Shown here piece by piece: positions 1 through 11,879 of a stretch of DNA of 64,000 bases. How positions within the stretch are numbered: position 1 is the first letter of the stretch; every line of letters begins with the position of its first letter. The position numbers were made by a program, and so were the translations under genes. Where the stretch lies: positions 6,820,001 to 6,884,000 of the forward strand of contig JAGIQG010000014.1 in NCBI GenBank assembly GCA_024679065.1, given 5' to 3'. The notes beneath the pieces were generated by a model. It ran no database searches and was not told the DNA's origin. It worked only from the letters and a program-made list of their open reading frames with translations. Source of the stretch: Sphyrna mokarran. Its lineage: Eukaryota.

Positions 1-3000
1 GTTCAAACCTTTGGGTGCCTTCATTTAATCGTTTTCAGGATTGGAGCGCTCTGCTGAAGTGACTGTGATGAGACAGCGCGAACTTCTCTTCCTGAAGGAA
101 AAGTAATAGCTGAGGATTTGTGCCTGCTTATTTGCACTTTTATCTGCTTCTGTTGAAACGATTGGAAGAAGCACACATATTTCAGGTCAGTTTTTCTTTT
201 CCTTTCTCGAACCACACAACAATCTAATTGACTGCTAAATGTTCTCTCAGGGGCCATTTGAGATGAACAGTAAATTGTATCCGAGGCCAACAGCTCCCCC
301 GTCGCACAAATGGATAAAACCTACTCCCTTCCTTTATTCAATTTGCCATCATATGTGTGTAAGACCTGAGTCTTCCGGTTGGGTTTGACGTGTGTACTCA
401 CTCTCTTCCTTATATTGATAATTTCTTGCAGAGATATTGCCCACATAATGGAGCGTGTTTTGGGGCAATTGTTTATTACAACGCCTAAATTACATTTTGA
501 TTGTTTCATGTCTAGTTCAGTAATTTAACACGCACAGCCGCAGTGAAGGCCAGCCTGTGCACAACACTGGACAAGAAACATTCTTTTACTTTCTGGCAAA
601 CTATTCCAAATAGAGGGGTTGAAGAAGTTTGACTGGTATTTATCCTGTATTTCCCTTTCATTGCTACAGCTGCCAAACTATATCAGCTATTATGTGCTGC
701 TCAGTAATGCAAAAACAATGCAATCTCCTGGAAGAAGCGATTAATCATCTGGGTAAACTGCGCCTATTGACATTCTGCAGGTTCTGAATTGATATCAGGG
801 CAATGCATGTTGACGAATTCAGATCAGGTGACGCATACGAGAAGAACTACAACAGGATAGATGAACGCAGACTACTTGGATGAACTGATGGATCGGAGAC
901 AAATGACAAAGAGCGGAAAGATTATATTCATTTTAAGTACATTTGGCATTGATTTAGGGAATGACATTATGACACAAAAATCATCAGGTGGCACCTGCGA
1001 GTATCTGTGGTCTGATGCTGCCTGTAATCTGGCGCGTCAGTTGTAGTGCAAGGCACTAACTCTGTGTTACACAGCAACTGTAGTGTAAGTCAATCCACGA
1101 ATAAAGCAGTATCTGGTCTGAAACAATTGCGATAGTTTTAGAGGAAAAACTAGAGCAGTGTCCGGTAGTACTTGTGGTGTAATGCATTAGCTGCGGTGTA
1201 AGGCATAACCAGTTAAGGCACATGTGATTTAAGTCTGATCCAACAGTTTCAGAGGATAACTGATCTGCAAGGCAGAACTGTGGTGTAGCGTATTAACTTT
1301 CGTGCAAGGCATCATTTGTGAAATAAGGCAGTATCTGTGGTCCAAAGTGGAACATGTCGTGTAAGGCACTTCCTGCAGTTTAAGATATATCTGCGGCGCC
1401 AGGCAACGTATCTGTAGTAGATGGCACCAGTTATATAAACCTTTGATATAGTGCAGTACCTGCAATATAAGACACTAATGAAAAGCAGGCAGTTCCTCTG
1501 GTGAAGGCAGTATCTTTGGAGTGAGATATTGTCCGACGGTGTAAGACAGTACCATCTATGTGACATTTTCACTGCTCTGTGAGGAATTTCGTACAGTGAA
1601 GAGAGTATTTGGATTTGGAAGGTATACCTGTGGTGTAAAGCAATGCGTGCAGTGTAAGGGTGTGAGTATAATGCAATACAATACCTTTGGTGCAATCAGT
1701 TCCTGCGCTGGCAAAAAGCTCCCGTACTGTAAGGCCAAAGCTATGATGTAAGCAAGTGCATATGCGTAAGACAACACCTGTCTTTGCAACGCAACAACTG
1801 TGGTGTAAGGCAGTACTTGCCTGGTTAAAATCCAGGTCAGAAATTTCATGTGTTTCATGGAGTCATAAAACCTTATGTTTTACGTTTTGAATTTGGTGCG
1901 GATAACTATGAGATGCTTCACCTCAGATATGAATTAAACGACAGACCAGTGAGGTGTAATCAGAAAATTTAATTCCAGTATACAGTTAACAGACAGAAAG
2001 AAAATTAGCAGTAACTTTTACCAATCGCAAACAATAACATAAACAACCATATGTCAATCTTCACAGCACAATGTGCCGTACCAACACAACATACTTACTA
2101 ACATACGCACCTAATTTCGATTTAACACAGAAAATACAAATGCTCAATGACGTTTCAGTTCTGCAAACCATGTGGTCCTTTGGGTGGAGAAATGAAACAC
2201 TGCCTTCTGCATTCATAGACTCCCACACTGTGCATATAGTGCCACTGCTTTCCTCCAGCTAATAAACTACCAACAGCAAAATGTTCATGTTGAAAAGTAC
2301 GAAAGTCTAATTCCACTCACCAGCAGAATTTTTAATGCCAGGTAGGGATACAACACTGCATCCAGCCTGGAGTCTGAACAAGTTCTAACAAATCAGCAAG
2401 AGAAACTGAAAGCGAAAGAATTCCTGCGAGGAAAAAATAAAACTCTTCCGCTTGTCCTGTTAAAAATCTGCCCCAGCAATTCCAAAATTGCCATAAACTC
2501 CATGAGAATGCATTACACCCAGATTGAAAATAAATAAATAAACAATTTACTAACTTAAGAACAATTAAATGACATTTTGGAGGCAGCTCAATGCCAGCCT
2601 ATTACTGCAGAGAACATGATTAAATTGCATTTCTTAGAGCACAATAGTGTCACTGGTGCATTATTAAACGTTCCTTGAGGTGCAAAGTGGCATCGGTGGC
2701 AGAACACAAAACTTGTGGTTTCAGGTAGCAGCTGCGGTATAAGACAGTAACCGCTTTCTAAGGGACCATCTATGGTGTAAGGCAGTAGCTGTGGAGCTAT
2801 GTTGCGCTTGAAGTGCAGGGCATTACCTGTGATGTAAAGCAGTAGCTATGTTGTAAGGAAGTAGATTCAATGTAAGACAACATCTATGATGTAAGGCAAC
2901 ATCTGTGGTTTAAAACATCAGCTGTGGTGTAGATATCAACTGAGGTGTAAGGCAATAACTGTGCTGCAAACCAACTCCCGCAGTGAAGAAAGTACCTGCA

Positions 3001-4546
3001 GCCTGTGGAAGTACTTGTCGTGAAAGGCAAAAGCTGTGGATTAAGGTCTCAATGATAGGCCTTTTACACTGTGCTGGTGACGACAGTACCTTTATGTAAG
3101 GAAGTGTCTGAGATGAAGTCATTCCCCTCGGTGTAAGGTAGTATCATTTGTGTCGTTACTGCACTGTAATGCAGTTCGTGGAGTAAAGACAATCTACGCT
3201 TTGAAAGGTAGTACCTGCGGTATAAAATAGAACATGTAGTGGAGGGCAGTGCTTATAATGAAGGCAGCCACTACGCTGAAGGCAGACTTATGGTGGAAGG
3301 CATGCCATTGTTGCAGTGGAGTGTAAATAAAAAATACTTGTGGTAGAAGGCAGCACCTGCAATGAAAGGTAATACTTATGGTGTAAGAAAGTAGTTTCAG
3401 TTTAAATCCTGTGGTGTAATGCAGCTTCTGAAGTTCAGGGTACTACCTATGGTTTACATAGACACTGCGTTTTTAGGCAACGTACGCAGTGTGAGTTAGT
3501 TCCTTTAGGGTCAGTGATACCTGCAGTGTAAGGCAGAACCTGTGGCATAAGGCAGTAGATGTAATATCTGTTGTGCAAATCATTAGGTCTAGTGCAAGGC
3601 ATTATCTGTTGTGCAATAAAATTCCTGGCGTAAGGCGGAATCGTTTTTGCAAGAAAGTAGCCTCGGTGTAAAAACTGTTGTACAATGCGGTCTCAGTGGT
3701 TCAAGGTAGTGCCTTTGGTTCAAGTTAGTATTGTGCTCGAAGAGAGCGAATGTGTTTTCAAGGAGAACCTGCGGTGTGAGACATTGGGTGCGGAGTTCGA
3801 GAGCAACTGTGCTGTAACCAGAAACTCTGGTGTAAGGCAGTACCTGCGGTGTAAGGCAGAACGATCGGTGTAAGACATATTTGTTCTATAAGGAAGAACA
3901 TGAGAGGAATGGCAGTGGCTGTGCTGCGGTGAATCGCCTGTACGTAAGACAGAACCTGCGGTGCAAGACAGCGCTTCAAATGTAATGTAGCACGGTTTCC
4001 GGCACTAGCTGCTGGGTAAGCAGTTGCCTGCGTTGTACCTGTTGTACCTGTTGTGTTGTGAAGTAGTTCAAGTACGAAACAGCATCTTTGATTCAAGGCC
4101 GCATCTGTGGTGTAATGCAGAGTCCGCGGTTCAAGGTAATACCTGCGGTGTAATGTGGCGCCTGTGGTGTCAGGTAGTATGTGGTATAAGGCAGTCACTG
4201 TGATTTATGGGAGAAAGTGTGGTGTATGCATTGCCTGCGATGTGAGGCAGTGACGTGTAAGGTAGTACTGCGGTATCAGGCAGAAGTCGCAGCATAAGGC
4301 ATTAGTGTGATTCAGGATAGTGCCTGCAATGCAGGACGATTCCTGTCATGCAATAAATCACCTGTGCTGGAAGGTGGTTCATCTGGTTTAAGGGTGTATC
4401 TGCGGTGAGCCTGCGGAGAAAGTATAAGACAGCCCTTGTTGTGTGAGCAATACCTGCTGTGTAATGTTTCACCTGTACTGTAGTCAGTACCTGCGGTGTA
4501 GGCAGTAGCTATGGTTCAACGCAGTTCCTATACTTTAAGATAGCAC
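1..4546. repeat. Segmental duplication block (3' flank of GPCR unit), copy A; paralogous to 14267-18620
   Basis: gttcaaacctttgggtgcct at 1 matches gttcaaacctttcggtgcct at ~14267. Colinear similarity continues to cagttccta...ttaagatagcac at ~4546 and ~18620. Confidence 0.9.
1000..1830. repeat. Degenerate ~19-bp minisatellite (consensus ~GGTGTAAGGCAGTACCTGT), distal block
   Basis: Recurring gtgtaaggcagta/cctgtgg words at roughly 19-nt spacing; units heavily diverged. Confidence 0.75.
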
Positions 4547-4640
4547 TTACAATGTAAGGCAATAGATGCGCTGCAAGGCAGTACCTGCGCTGTATCGTAT
4601 AACATGCGGTGTAAGAATTCGCGTACACTGTACGGTAGTT
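2690..4640. repeat. Degenerate ~19-bp minisatellite, proximal block directly 3' of GPCR gene 1
   Basis: For example 3829 ggtgtaaggcagtacctgc ggtgtaaggcagaacgatc ggtgtaagac shows a 19-nt period. Confidence 0.85.
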
Positions 4641-4874
4641 AGGACTGATGCGAACCCATTTTACTCCACTATTGAATGATAACATTCGTATTTTCACTGA
4701 TTGCACACTGATTGGAGTAAGCCGCTACAGAAGGAAACACCAAAACTTACTGACGAATAGCAGTAGGCATCAGAAGATACAACAAAGCATGGCCCAGTCC
4801 TTCTAGAGTCCCTTATTTGAAGAAACACGTTATCTTTTTGTAGCAGGAAGGCCGGCATTCAAACATGTACTTCA

Positions 4875-5806
4875 CTACTGCCTGAACAGGAAGACTAGGT
4901 TTAATTTCACATATTTTTGCAACATCAGAATCATGGTCCAAGGAAATTTCACGATCTTCTTCAGCTCTTCCCTGAATTTAGCTTGTGTAGCTGCATAAAT
5001 GCACGTGTTCGTGCATGAACTTAAATGAATGAGCAGTGTTCCGGTTTCGGTGGCGATATATGCAGCAGATGTGTAATCCAACCGGACATAAACAAGCATC
5101 CGACTGGCTAGATAACTAATGGCTCTTGTCGCCCACAACAATACAAAACTACTAGAAATAGTGAACAATAAAATAATGGACTTCTTTCGGTTCTGTATCT
5201 CTGGATCATTCCAATTCTCACTGTTATGACTCCGCAGTCCGGCACGCGCTTTGCTGGACAACAAAATCCTTCTGACTGTCAAAAAATTAAATAGCAATAC
5301 CAAATTGAAGGGAATTAAGTTCAATAAAATACTTTCTAACAAGACAACTGCATCACCAATTTGAGAAGTATAAAAATCCTGTCGAGGGACGACACCCCAT
5401 TGAACACCATTAATAGTGTTCCTATGTTTAAATGCAAACCAAATGTACGAGTTCTGCAAATAGATAAGGACTGAGGATGTTGTTAAAACTGCAGCCGCCG
5501 TTCTCGCGGTGCAATAGATTGTTCTAAACTTCTGACTACATATAATAATATATCGGTCAAAAGTGAATGAGACTGTAAACCATACTGACATATACAGGTT
5601 ATTACAAAGCATATATATCATTAATTTGCAAACAACAGTGTAGGAGAGGAATGAATTTGGAAAACGTTTTCTCAAAACGTTGTACAAAATTACATTGATA
5701 AGCATCACTAACAAATCTGCTGTTGCCATGGCCACCATGTAGATAGAGACACATCTGGAAAGGCCGCAATTTCCTTTGGCGAGGATCACGATGGTCACGA
5801 GATTCG
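4875..5806 (-). CDS. GPCR gene 1, exon 2 (TM1-TM7): class A GPCR, probable G-protein coupled receptor 139-like (GPR139/GPR142 group); spliced product 333 aa
   Basis: 7-TM ORF with ANLVTIVIL (TM1), MATADLL (TM2), FTFDRY (TM3), LLW (TM6) and NTCIY (TM7). Acceptor ttctcccttgtttttacag|CG at 5807/5806, phase 1. Intron position matches the GLP|ANILTVIIL split as I recall it for GPR139. Confidence 0.92.
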
Positions 5807-6344
5807 CTGTAAAAACAAGGGAGAAGAACCAAGTCACGGAAACAATTTGGTTACACTCAGCATATTTTAGTGAAATGTTTGGATGCACTTTTGTTCAGTT
5901 ATAGACATGGACTCAGTTTATTGTACAAGACAGCACAGGTGATATATTTATTGATATAGATCACCTTAAACTCAATATTTAGGCACCAGCGATGTTCTCC
6001 CAGTTGCAATAACTGAAGTATAATCTTTTCTACATGTTGAGGGGAAGGTCGCCAGATTCAGTCTACAGAACGTTAATGGAAAGCTCTCCTCAGCACCATC
6101 GACAACTAATGAACTCAAATCTTAAAAGGCATCAGTTATGATTTCGCAGACTTGTATAAACCGGGTGATCTGGGATCAGCTTCTTTGCATCTATATACAT
6201 TTTATTACATTAAGCACCACCCGTGACACTGGTCGGGGAGTACATTCACCCTAATTCGAAATCAAACCTTATGCCGCGTGCCCGAAGGGAAATCCTCAGG
6301 AAGGAAATTCCGATTTCCTCAATAAATTGTACATTTTGTCATTT

Positions 6345-7410
6345 CCTCCATGAGTGTCCTACGCTCAAACGTCGTCATCTTCTTCTATATTATTCCAATG
6401 TAAGGTCAGAATTGGGAATGATCATTGATGGCTACACAACGTATCGTATCAGATTTGAGTCTCCAGATACCGGAGCAGCCGGTTCCAAATGAAGCAAGAT
6501 GTGGACAAAATCCAGATTTGGGCTGACCAGTGCGAAATAATGGCTACGTCACGCAAATTTCAGGGAATGGCCGCTTACACCAATACATAATCTAACCATT
6601 TCCCTTTGACATTCGATACCATCATTGAGTTCACAATTATTAGCATCAACCATAAACACTACCTGAACTGTGCGCGCCATATGAAAAAAAGATTAGAAAA
6701 TCTCAGCAGGGCTGCCAGCTTCGTCGGGAAGAAAATAGTCGGCACTTTTTCTAGCATTCCTTACTTTTGTTTCAGATTCCAGTTTCCACTGCGTTTTGCT
6801 TATTTTAGCAAATAAATAATGTCCACAAAAGCAAATCAGCGGTTTGGAATCCTGCAGTGAATAACAGATCTCTTGTCTCCCAAAATCTTATGCACTGTTT
6901 ATAAGTGATGGAGTGATGGAATACTCTCCACTTACTTGCCCGAACGCAGCTCCGAAGACCCTCAAGATGTTCTAGACAATGAAGGTCGATGCAGGCCTTC
7001 ATTGCATCGAATGAAGCAATGTTGGATTACTAACCCGCCCACAAAATGTTCACTATCTACCGCGGACGCACTATAGCAGCTGTGAGCAGCATTTAACGAA
7101 CTCACCAGGCACCTTATACAGCATTATACCAAACCCTCGACCGCTATCATCTAAAAAGTAACGGGCAGCAGATATGTGGGAACACCACCATTTTAACGTT
7201 GTCCCAAAGTCATTGAACGATCTGAGTGGAAAATACATCGCTGTTTCTTCGCTGTAATTGTGTCAAAATCTTTGAATTCCCTTTTCCTCTACCAGCATCG
7301 TGCGTACACTTACAACTTGGACTGCAGCGAATCAGGAAGGCAACTCACCACCCGTATCCGAAGAGCAGCGAAAAATGAAAAATAAAGTACATGGATGCCC
7401 ACATCACACA
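6345..7410 (+). mobile_element. Old decayed CR1-group LINE 3' portion in the intron (antisense to gene), with nested Penelope-like remnant at ~6685-6810
   Basis: Degenerate RT-coding sequence (SVLG..IFSCFI..L....RSEVGM..DD.T, QQDLDNIQ.WAD.WQ-like). Same position in all four gene introns. Confidence 0.7.
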
Positions 7411-8163
7411 AATAAATAAAATAAATGCGAGCAAACAAATGATTCATTTCTTTACAGTAATTCGCTGTGCTGCAGCTTTGACAACTCAATCCATCCATCA
7501 CGAGGCTTGTGTCAGGTGATGCACCGACCAATTGTATAAGTGAGGGCGGCGGCACGGTGGGGCAATCCATTGAACTTAGCGTCTTAAGTTTACTTTCAAG
7601 AGCTGCGTTCAATATCAGGGGCGGTAAGCGTAATATTCACTCGTTATGTAAATAATAATAGTCTTTCAAATAAATCAGTGAGATGAGAAAATAGCCAGAG
7701 AAATTAATTCGAGACGGTGGGATTCTAACGTTTATCATTAGCGGAAGGGAGCTGTCGGGCACAGAAAAGGAAACAACGGAACTGATTTGCTACCCTGCGG
7801 AGACAGCAGTCCCTGAACAGGTTTCTTTTTCCTTGAAATACATTCCAGTGATTTTTCCTTTCCGGAAAGGCCGCATTTCGAGGTAATGTCATCGTAATGG
7901 GGTAAGAATACAGATTGTCACTGCAAATAATTCACATACAGATCTATGAACTGTCGGAAGGGAAGAGTATCAGCCTCAATCTCCGTTAATGTTGGGAGGG
8001 AATTTAAACTTCAGGTGTCACATTCTTCTGAGCTGAACCGCGGCTCACACGCCATGCCACCCGTTGAGACTCTCACTGATATTCAACAATATATCTCGGC
8101 AGAGAAAAGACATTGCAATAATGACCTTCTCGCAATCAGTTTGCCGAATCAGTGAGCAGTGAG

Positions 8164-8738
8164 TGACAAAGAACAAAGAAGAAAGCACAAAACAGCCCGC
8201 GAAACAGGCCCATCGGCACAACGAGCCCGCGCCGCCACCTCGATGTTCCCACTTCTACCCATGATCCCTGTCATCCCTGTCTATTTTTGTAGATCTATGC
8301 ATTAGAACCAAATTTAAGACAATTTAGGGAGAATTTGGTCTGCCAATCAGCCTAAGAGCACATCGTTGGGATGTGGGAGGAAACTGGAGCACCCGGAGAA
8401 AACTCACGCAAGAACGGGGAGAATGCGCAAACTCCCACAGACACAGGCCCTAATCCATGTATCTGCACAGCACAGCAATAGTCACTGAGCTGTCGTGTTG
8501 CCCACCAACTGGCCCAGGTCAAGCGTACACTAACAATGTGAAGCAAAACGCTACTCTTGAAAAGTCCAAGAGCACCCCTCTCACGGCCCCTCGCATGTAT
8601 GCCCCTTGTTATACAAGGCGGACCGAAGTCCCTGTAGGATAAAGCAAATACATCAATATCATCGAAAATTTACACATTTCCCAGGGAACTCCCAAGGCCT
8701 ATTTTAAAATCAGTTTTCTAAATCTCTCCATTACCGGG
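8164..8738 (-). mobile_element. 5'-truncated CR1 family-B element (3' UTR with embedded V-SINE domain) in the gene 1 intron
   Basis: Matches 40352-40925 and the reverse complement of 57590-58153. The empty site cagtgag-at-actccgcaac is present in paralog gene 3 (~48373-48391). Confidence 0.85.
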
Positions 8739-8769
8739 ACTCCGCAACTATGAAACAACATTGACTTAC

Positions 8770-8839
8770 CGGGCGTACCAAAAGCTGCCAGCACGGGATA
8801 GAAAAGTTCATTGATCTGTAGAATTAATGGGCGGGCCAT
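8770..8839 (-). CDS. GPCR gene 1, exon 1 (MARPLILQINELFYPVLAAFGTP)
   Basis: 70-nt coding exon from ATG to CCC G|gtaagt. Phase 1 joins exon 2 to give FGTP-ANLVTIVIL. Same length and near-identical sequence in genes 2 and 3. Confidence 0.9.
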
Positions 8840-9700
8840 TGTGATTTCGAGAAGAATGCAAACGTTTCGCTCGATTGTGTGAAAGATTCCTAGATTGTCG
8901 CCTTTTGTACTGTAATACATTCCCGGTGGGCAAAATCAGCCTACGCAATAATTGCGTCTCTTTCAGCAAATTAAATCAAAAAATCCCTTTCCTCTGGAGG
9001 GCATCCGGGTTGGCCAATCGACACAATGTTAGACCATGAGCACATGTGTTCTGCGCTGGCTCGCTGAAGACAGAATGAACCATCCCCATGGACACAATGT
9101 TTGATTCTGTCAGCTTCATCATGGACTTATTTAAACCATGCATCAATGTTCAGCTCACGTGTATTTCGCTCCTGTGTCCATAACTTGTCATTTGATGGGC
9201 ATTGTGATGATTAGTGATGAATAGCCGTTATTATTTGTAACAATTATCTTACTTTCCAGTGTATTTACTACAAACTGAATTGTAGGAATTAAACTACAAA
9301 TTTACCATTAGTGTTAATCTATCATTATCAATGCGAATTGAACTTAAATATGTATGAGCTAATGAACCATTACTTGAAGTGATACTATTTCAGAGTGTCT
9401 CTTGCCTAACCGTGAAATATAGATTAGGCTTTGTAGCACTCTTTACCGTCCCTCTGACGCACCAGTAAGAGTTTGAGAGCCAGAGCTTGACACAGCTTGA
9501 TGGACATGTTGCATCACTCTGAACGAGTGGCAGCAAGCTACTGCTGGCGATTGACCTCAATGCAACCGAGCTGCAAAGAAAATTTCAGGGTGCGTTGATA
9601 TATTTTACCTATTTGAGATTTCAGTCAATCAATAAGCGATGAAAATAGTTCCTTGCCGTGTGGACACTATATTTCATCCATTGAAATTGTATTTGCAGAA
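8840..9700 (-). promoter_or_regulatory. Putative promoter/5' region conserved among paralogs (also 31920-32850 and 48489-49410)
   Basis: Non-TE-looking block shared upstream of all three exon 1 copies. Contains ttggccaat (CCAAT, ~9010), TTTAAA TATA-like (~9130) and tandem GATA words tatcattatcaa (~9320). Confidence 0.4.
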
Positions 9701-9769
9701 GTCTCCGCTGATCACTTGGCTAGTAATTAATTTGAGCAAATGTTTGTTGTCTTGGATGATAACTTGCAA

Positions 9770-10010
9770 AGTTCCCTTGAAACTTTTCTTTTGTGCGCCA
9801 CTGAAGCGTACGCTATTCTTCAGCCCGGCACCGAAGGTTTGAGATGAAATCAGTTGTCTGGCATTCTGGCGAATGCATCAACTCATCAGAACAGTTTTCC
9901 CAATAACATTGAGAAAATCCTGACCAAACTGCATCTTCCGAGTACATGTGTGTCTGATTATTTGTCCTGTGTCTTGATTTTGTGACGTTTGTTGAGCAGC
10001 AAAGGTCGTT
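9770..10010 (-). mobile_element. Fossil RTE-clade LINE, C-terminal remnant
   Basis: Homologous to 19680-19920 and 33890-34140, which encode QDKxPDTxVL-like residues. Confidence 0.65.
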
Positions 10011-10064
10011 GGCTTTGAAGCATTGAAACCCAGTTGTAAAATTCTGACATAAAACGTATGTCGT

Positions 10065-10340
10065 GGAGTTCTGGGTGTGAATTGTCATCAGGGTGCAGAA
10101 TTACAAATCATGATTTAAAAAAAATCCTGTGGTCACCATGAATGAATTGTCATAAATAGTTGTCGGTATCTCTTATGCCAATGGGGAAGGAAACATGCCA
10201 TCCTCACCTACTGTCGTCTGCATGCCAGTCCAGGTATACAGCAACCTATTTGACTCTAACTGCTCTCTTAAGGACGATTTGGGATTAAAAGTGAATTCTG
10301 ACTTTTACCAACAGTGTCCCCATCCCATAATGAAGAAAAA
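10065..10340 (+). mobile_element. Decayed SacSINE1/DeuSINE-like SINE
   Basis: gtcaccatgaa...ttgtcataaa...gggaaggaaacatgccatcctcacc...ttgactct motif order. Paralogs at 26480, 54835 and 58625. Confidence 0.55.
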
Positions 10341-11879
10341 GGATTGCTCACCTTGACATCAGCCGCCAACCCCGCCTCAATTGCATCATGCCCATCATTC
10401 CAATGACGTCATGCCCCGTCCTCCATCGTCTAGAGGACAGAAAAGCACAGTTCACAATAGTACGCAAGTTCATTTCTGGTTAACTGCTTTCGTGTATTTT
10501 TTTTACTTCCAAAAATCATGTCTGCAATTGCTGAATTGAAATCGACGCATACTTCATCTGAGAATGCCAAATAGAATATTCTATACTGCGGTCTCATTCA
10601 GTAGCCTTTGGTATTCTCATCCCAACATCTATCGAAATTCACAAAGATAAGTCTACAGTTTTCTTCGGGGATTCATTCTATTCTGCAATTTCATCATTCT
10701 TTGGTCACAAGTAACATTGATAGTCTCAATGATGATCTTTTATTTCCGTTCTGAAAACGGTGCCATTGTTTCTAGTTTCATCAAAAAAACTGACTTGCTT
10801 TGTCTTGCGTGCTTTTCATCATCCAAAGGTCATTTCTTTTTTTGCTAACGTTAGTGTACCTCTGCTTCCATTGAGTTGTAATCATTTTGAACACGCTTGA
10901 CAATACTCTTAACTGATGCTAACAAATCTGAAACGTTTAGTGAAGTTACATCAAACTTTAGCAATGGTTTTCTGGTGGCATTAATTTTTTGAAGCAAGTG
11001 GATCCACAAAACATTAAAAACAGCAGTATCATACATTTCAAATTTCTCTGCTAAAAATTTTGTTCAACTTTCACTCTTTTTAATTTGATTTGTTTGAAAA
11101 GACTTCTTTCATATTAACAAAGTACATTTTCAAAGTCAAAACGACCTATGCACGAGCGGGCCACCTGATATTCAAAACTCTTGACAAAAGTTTTAAATTT
11201 GCTTGTTCCAGGACTGATTGAAATACATTCCACCGATATTATTATTTGAACACTTCAATCGAAGATATAGAGCTGGATTTATTGCAGCGTTGCTGTTTTT
11301 AGTCAAAAAGAGATTGGAACATAGGATGAACAATTCACAGTTCAGTCTCCGCTAAATCTGGATAGATTCCTCCCGTCTTCATGGCATCACCAAGGCTCTG
11401 ACCAGTACCAACTTTCAAACTGTAAACCACAAAATTTGCAATGAATTCCAAACATCATTACTTCCAGACAATCAAAAATATGGAATTGTAGCTGCAAAAT
11501 ATTTCATCCCACAGCAGCGTTTTTGGCCACATAGTTCAAAAGTATTTTTAATTTGTCATACACGATTCACATCACTCGTTGAATTGACTAGTATGGAATG
11601 TTTTTTTAACATTTTTGACTTCATTCGTGAAATGGTTTCTGAATCACTCTGTCAGGCGAGTGACGAACTTAGCATAGGCCCTCAACAATAAAACGTTGGT
11701 CGTCCTAAGGCATAATAGCGATGACATTTGAAATGATCCTTGCTGAGTTTATCAAATTCACTGAGATATTCAAAAGATTTTCTTGACGCTATATGGCTGA
11801 CATTTTCCCACGTTATAAAATATTTGCGCAACGTTGCCCACTTCATTAATATATCCGAGTTATAAAATGTTTTTTATTA

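Noticed and set aside
2690-4640. Cys/Tyr/Thr-rich ORFs in the repeat arrays suggesting zinc-finger or repeat proteins
   Set aside because: The period of ~19 nt is not a multiple of 3, ORFs are not conserved between copies, and there is no C2H2 spacing.
1000-4640. CRISPR-like repeat-spacer array
   Set aside because: Eukaryotic context, no identical repeats with unique spacers, and no cas genes. It is a degenerate head-to-tail minisatellite.
5807-5888. N-terminal extension MHPNISLKY... of ORF 4875-5888 (and MFNRMSPC... at 62802-62907)
   Set aside because: These are intron read-through. They differ between paralogs and cross a polypyrimidine-AG acceptor, and a conserved upstream exon supplies the first half of TM1.
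5940-6330. Conserved intronic block as an extra coding exon
   Set aside because: It has stops and indels among paralogs and no consistent splice sites. Exon 1 and exon 2 already join in frame.
4875-8839. Assigning the symbol GPR139
   Set aside because: These are multiple divergent paralogs with only family-level resemblance. Orthology cannot be shown from sequence alone.
8840-8920. In-frame upstream extension of exon 1 (MYYSTKG...)
   Set aside because: The frame is not preserved in genes 2 and 3, and the shared ATG is at 8839.
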